Assembly (NCBI GenBank): GCA_027031765.1
Contig: JALVPN010000032.1
Coordinates: 1 to 6,781, forward strand
DNA length: 6,781 nt
Direction: 5' to 3'
Origin: Promethearchaeota archaeon
GTDB taxonomy: Archaea; Asgardarchaeota; Thorarchaeia; Thorarchaeales; Thorarchaeaceae
A program made the position numbers and the translations under genes. This document shows, one piece after another, positions 5,629-6,781 of the stretch. Under the pieces are notes generated by a model. It made no database searches and was not told the origin of the DNA. It worked only from the letters and a program-made list of their open reading frames with translations. The stretch's first letter is position 1. Each line of letters starts with the position of its first letter.

Positions 5629-6051
5629 GACTTCCTGTGGCGCCACCTCTGTCCCACGTACCACCCTTGGCACGCGCAGCATCCGCAGCAGCTTCCTCGT
5701 GGGCCCCAGCAGGTCCGGGTCTATCCTCCACTCGGCCCAGTCCAGTCCTGATGCAAGGGATGTGCGGCTCAGTATGAGGGTCGCAGACACCAGCTCGTTG
5801 ATTCTGCTCAGGATAGTGCCGACCGTAACGGCACCCACGACAGGTCGCAGTTTCCTCGCGGCCCTGAGCAGGTCGCTCGTGGGCACCCACCCGCCGTCCT
5901 CGATCAGGATGCTGAGTATCTTTGCTCCCACGGGGTCTGACTCGAGCACAGACTTCAGGGGGGCAAGGTTTGCCCTGGCCGTGCTCACCGTGGTCTCATG
6001 CTGCCGGTCCCACATCTCGACTGGTGTTGCATCCCTGAGTCCGAAGTCCAA
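5611..6051 (-). CDS. Hypothetical protein with a probable winged helix-turn-helix fold, about 146 aa
   Basis: The pattern PVGAKILSILIEDGGWVPTSDLLRAARKL...GAVTVGTILSRINEL...LILSRT...WAEWRIDP fits helix-helix-recognition helix-beta wing. Start proposed at TTG 6051 behind an SD-like GGGGTGA (6062-6056); alternatives are ATG 6015 and the track's 6129. The wHTH call is inference. Confidence 0.6.
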   Translation of the reverse strand: MDFGLRDATPVEMWDRQHETTVSTARANLAPLKSVLESDPVGAKILSILIEDGGWVPTSDLLRAARKLRPVVGAVTVGTILSRINELVSATLILSRTSLASGLDWAEWRIDPDLLGPTRKLLRMLRVPRVVRGTEVAPQEVLLRPE

Positions 6052-6100
6052 CTTCTCACCCCTCGTACCTTCCGGACATGCTCTTTTGAAGGGCTGTATT

Positions 6101-6150
6101 ACCCGTCCGCTTGTGCATGGCCCTTGCACAACCCTTATCTTATGACGGGT
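6101..6150. promoter_or_regulatory. Operator-like nested inverted repeats in the divergent promoter
   Basis: Inner TTGTGCA-N7-TGCACAA (6111-6131) and outer ACCCGTC (6101-6107) / GACGGGT (6144-6150), both with perfect 7-bp arms. Confidence 0.65.
6129..6143 (+). promoter_or_regulatory. Putative BRE/TATA promoter of the HTH regulator
   Basis: CAACCC followed by TTATCTTAT (6135-6143), about 30-39 nt upstream of ATG 6174, the usual archaeal spacing for a short leader. Confidence 0.5.
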
Positions 6151-6173
6151 GGCCTATCCCTGATGAGCGGACA

Positions 6174-6548
6174 ATGACATCGAGGAACCCACTTGACAGC
6201 CTCTTCACCAGACAGATCGAGCGGCCGTCAGACCTGCTGTGCTGCGCGTTTGGCCTCCGCACGAGCGAGATTGACGCATACTTCTCGCTCATGGCAGGCC
6301 CAAAGACCGTGGGTGAGATTGCACGGGCAATAAGGCGCGACAGGAGCACTGTACAGCGGGTGCTCAAGAAACTGGTCGAGGCCGGCCTCGCTGTCCGGGA
6401 GGTGCGACACCTGCCCCGTGGTGGCTACTACTATGTGTACCAGGCCGTGTCCAGTGATGCAGTGCGTGAGCAGGTGCTCGAGCTGCTGGAGAAGTGGTAC
6501 GAACGGACGAAAAAGATTATCTTGGAGAGCTGGCCGCGCGCGACCTGA
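6174..6548 (+). CDS. TrmB-like/COG3355-type winged-HTH transcriptional regulator (124 aa)
   Basis: DLLCCAFGLRTSEIDAYFSL, HTH TVGEIARAIRRDRSTVQRVLKKLVEAGL, wing GGYYYVY and C-terminal helix LEKWYERTKK all match the COG3355 pattern. Start trimmed from 6111 to ATG 6174. Confidence 0.88.
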   Translation: MTSRNPLDSLFTRQIERPSDLLCCAFGLRTSEIDAYFSLMAGPKTVGEIARAIRRDRSTVQRVLKKLVEAGLAVREVRHLPRGGYYYVYQAVSSDAVREQVLELLEKWYERTKKIILESWPRAT

Positions 6549-6580
6549 CACTGGACACACTGTAAAGACTGTGATGCAAT

Positions 6581-6781
6581 ATGAGAGCCGTACCTGTGCG
6601 TATCAACACTGTCACCCTCGTCTCGCTTGCGATGGTCGCCGCCCTTGGCCTGGTCGTGCGTATGTTCGTGAGGATACCTCTGATACCGGGGCTCGTCGAG
6701 CTCACGCCGGGCTTCATGTTCTCGGAGCTCGGTGGGGTCATGGCGGGCATCCCGGGTGGCCTCCTTGTAGGGGCGATTGTC
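6581..6781 (+). CDS. 5' part of a second ECF transporter S component, truncated by the window edge and absent from the ORF track
   Basis: MRAVPVRINTVTLVSLAMVAALGLVVRMFVRIPLIPGLVELTPGFMFSELGGVMAGIPGGLLVGAIV: AMxAAL first helix, RIPLIP loop and a G-x-x-x-G-x-L-V-G motif typical of S components. An in-frame TGA at 6572 fixes the ATG at 6581. Confidence 0.72.
   Translation, partial: MRAVPVRINTVTLVSLAMVAALGLVVRMFVRIPLIPGLVELTPGFMFSELGGVMAGIPGGLLVGAIV

Noticed and set aside
5699-6145. 148-aa plus-strand ORF opposite the wHTH-like gene
   Set aside because: It has Ser-rich antisense composition and runs through the promoter dyads. The minus frame has the SD and the protein-like pattern.
6574-6781. 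Alternative open frame from ATG 6574, and a YeeE/YedE sulfur-transporter reading of the last gene
   Set aside because: The 6574 frame is Arg/Gly/His-rich and non-protein-like. The 6581 frame shows S-component motifs (AMxAAL, RIPxxP) rather than any YeeE signature I can see.
1-6781. Mobile elements, CRISPR arrays, rRNA, complete tRNAs, frameshifted pseudogenes
   Set aside because: I saw no transposase or integrase motifs, no regularly spaced repeats, no cloverleaf, no obvious compositional break, and every called gene reads through intact.

Overview
Gene-dense archaeal chromosomal window, about 60% GC by eye, with no mobile element, CRISPR array, rRNA or complete tRNA visible. The archaeal call rests on a DGGGP-synthase-type UbiA, an archaeal-type endonuclease IV, a COG3355-type HTH regulator and TATA/BRE-like promoters. 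Asgard (Thorarchaeia-like) origin is plausible from gene content but is only inference. Gene order: 3' end of an unknown gene (+); a minus-strand, translationally coupled trio of DUF6125/V4R-like protein, endonuclease IV and Trm11-like methyltransferase; a divergent DGGGP synthase (+); a zinc-ribbon-Yip1 membrane protein (-); then a mirror-symmetric block of ECF S-component (-), orphan winged-helix-like protein (-), COG3355 HTH regulator with a Cys-Cys pair (+) and a second, partial ECF S-component (+). The most interesting signals lie in that block: nested inverted repeats around the divergent promoter, an 18-bp near-perfect palindrome plus repeated AGGACT/AGTAGGACT motifs around the first S-component promoter, and a possibly switchable leader. 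Also notable are an Asp-to-Gly change in the second Asp-rich motif of the lipid synthase, an EPHL catalytic-motif variant in the methyltransferase, and a tRNA-acceptor-like microhelix ending in ACCA after the first S-component gene. All family calls are by motif recognition, with no database search.
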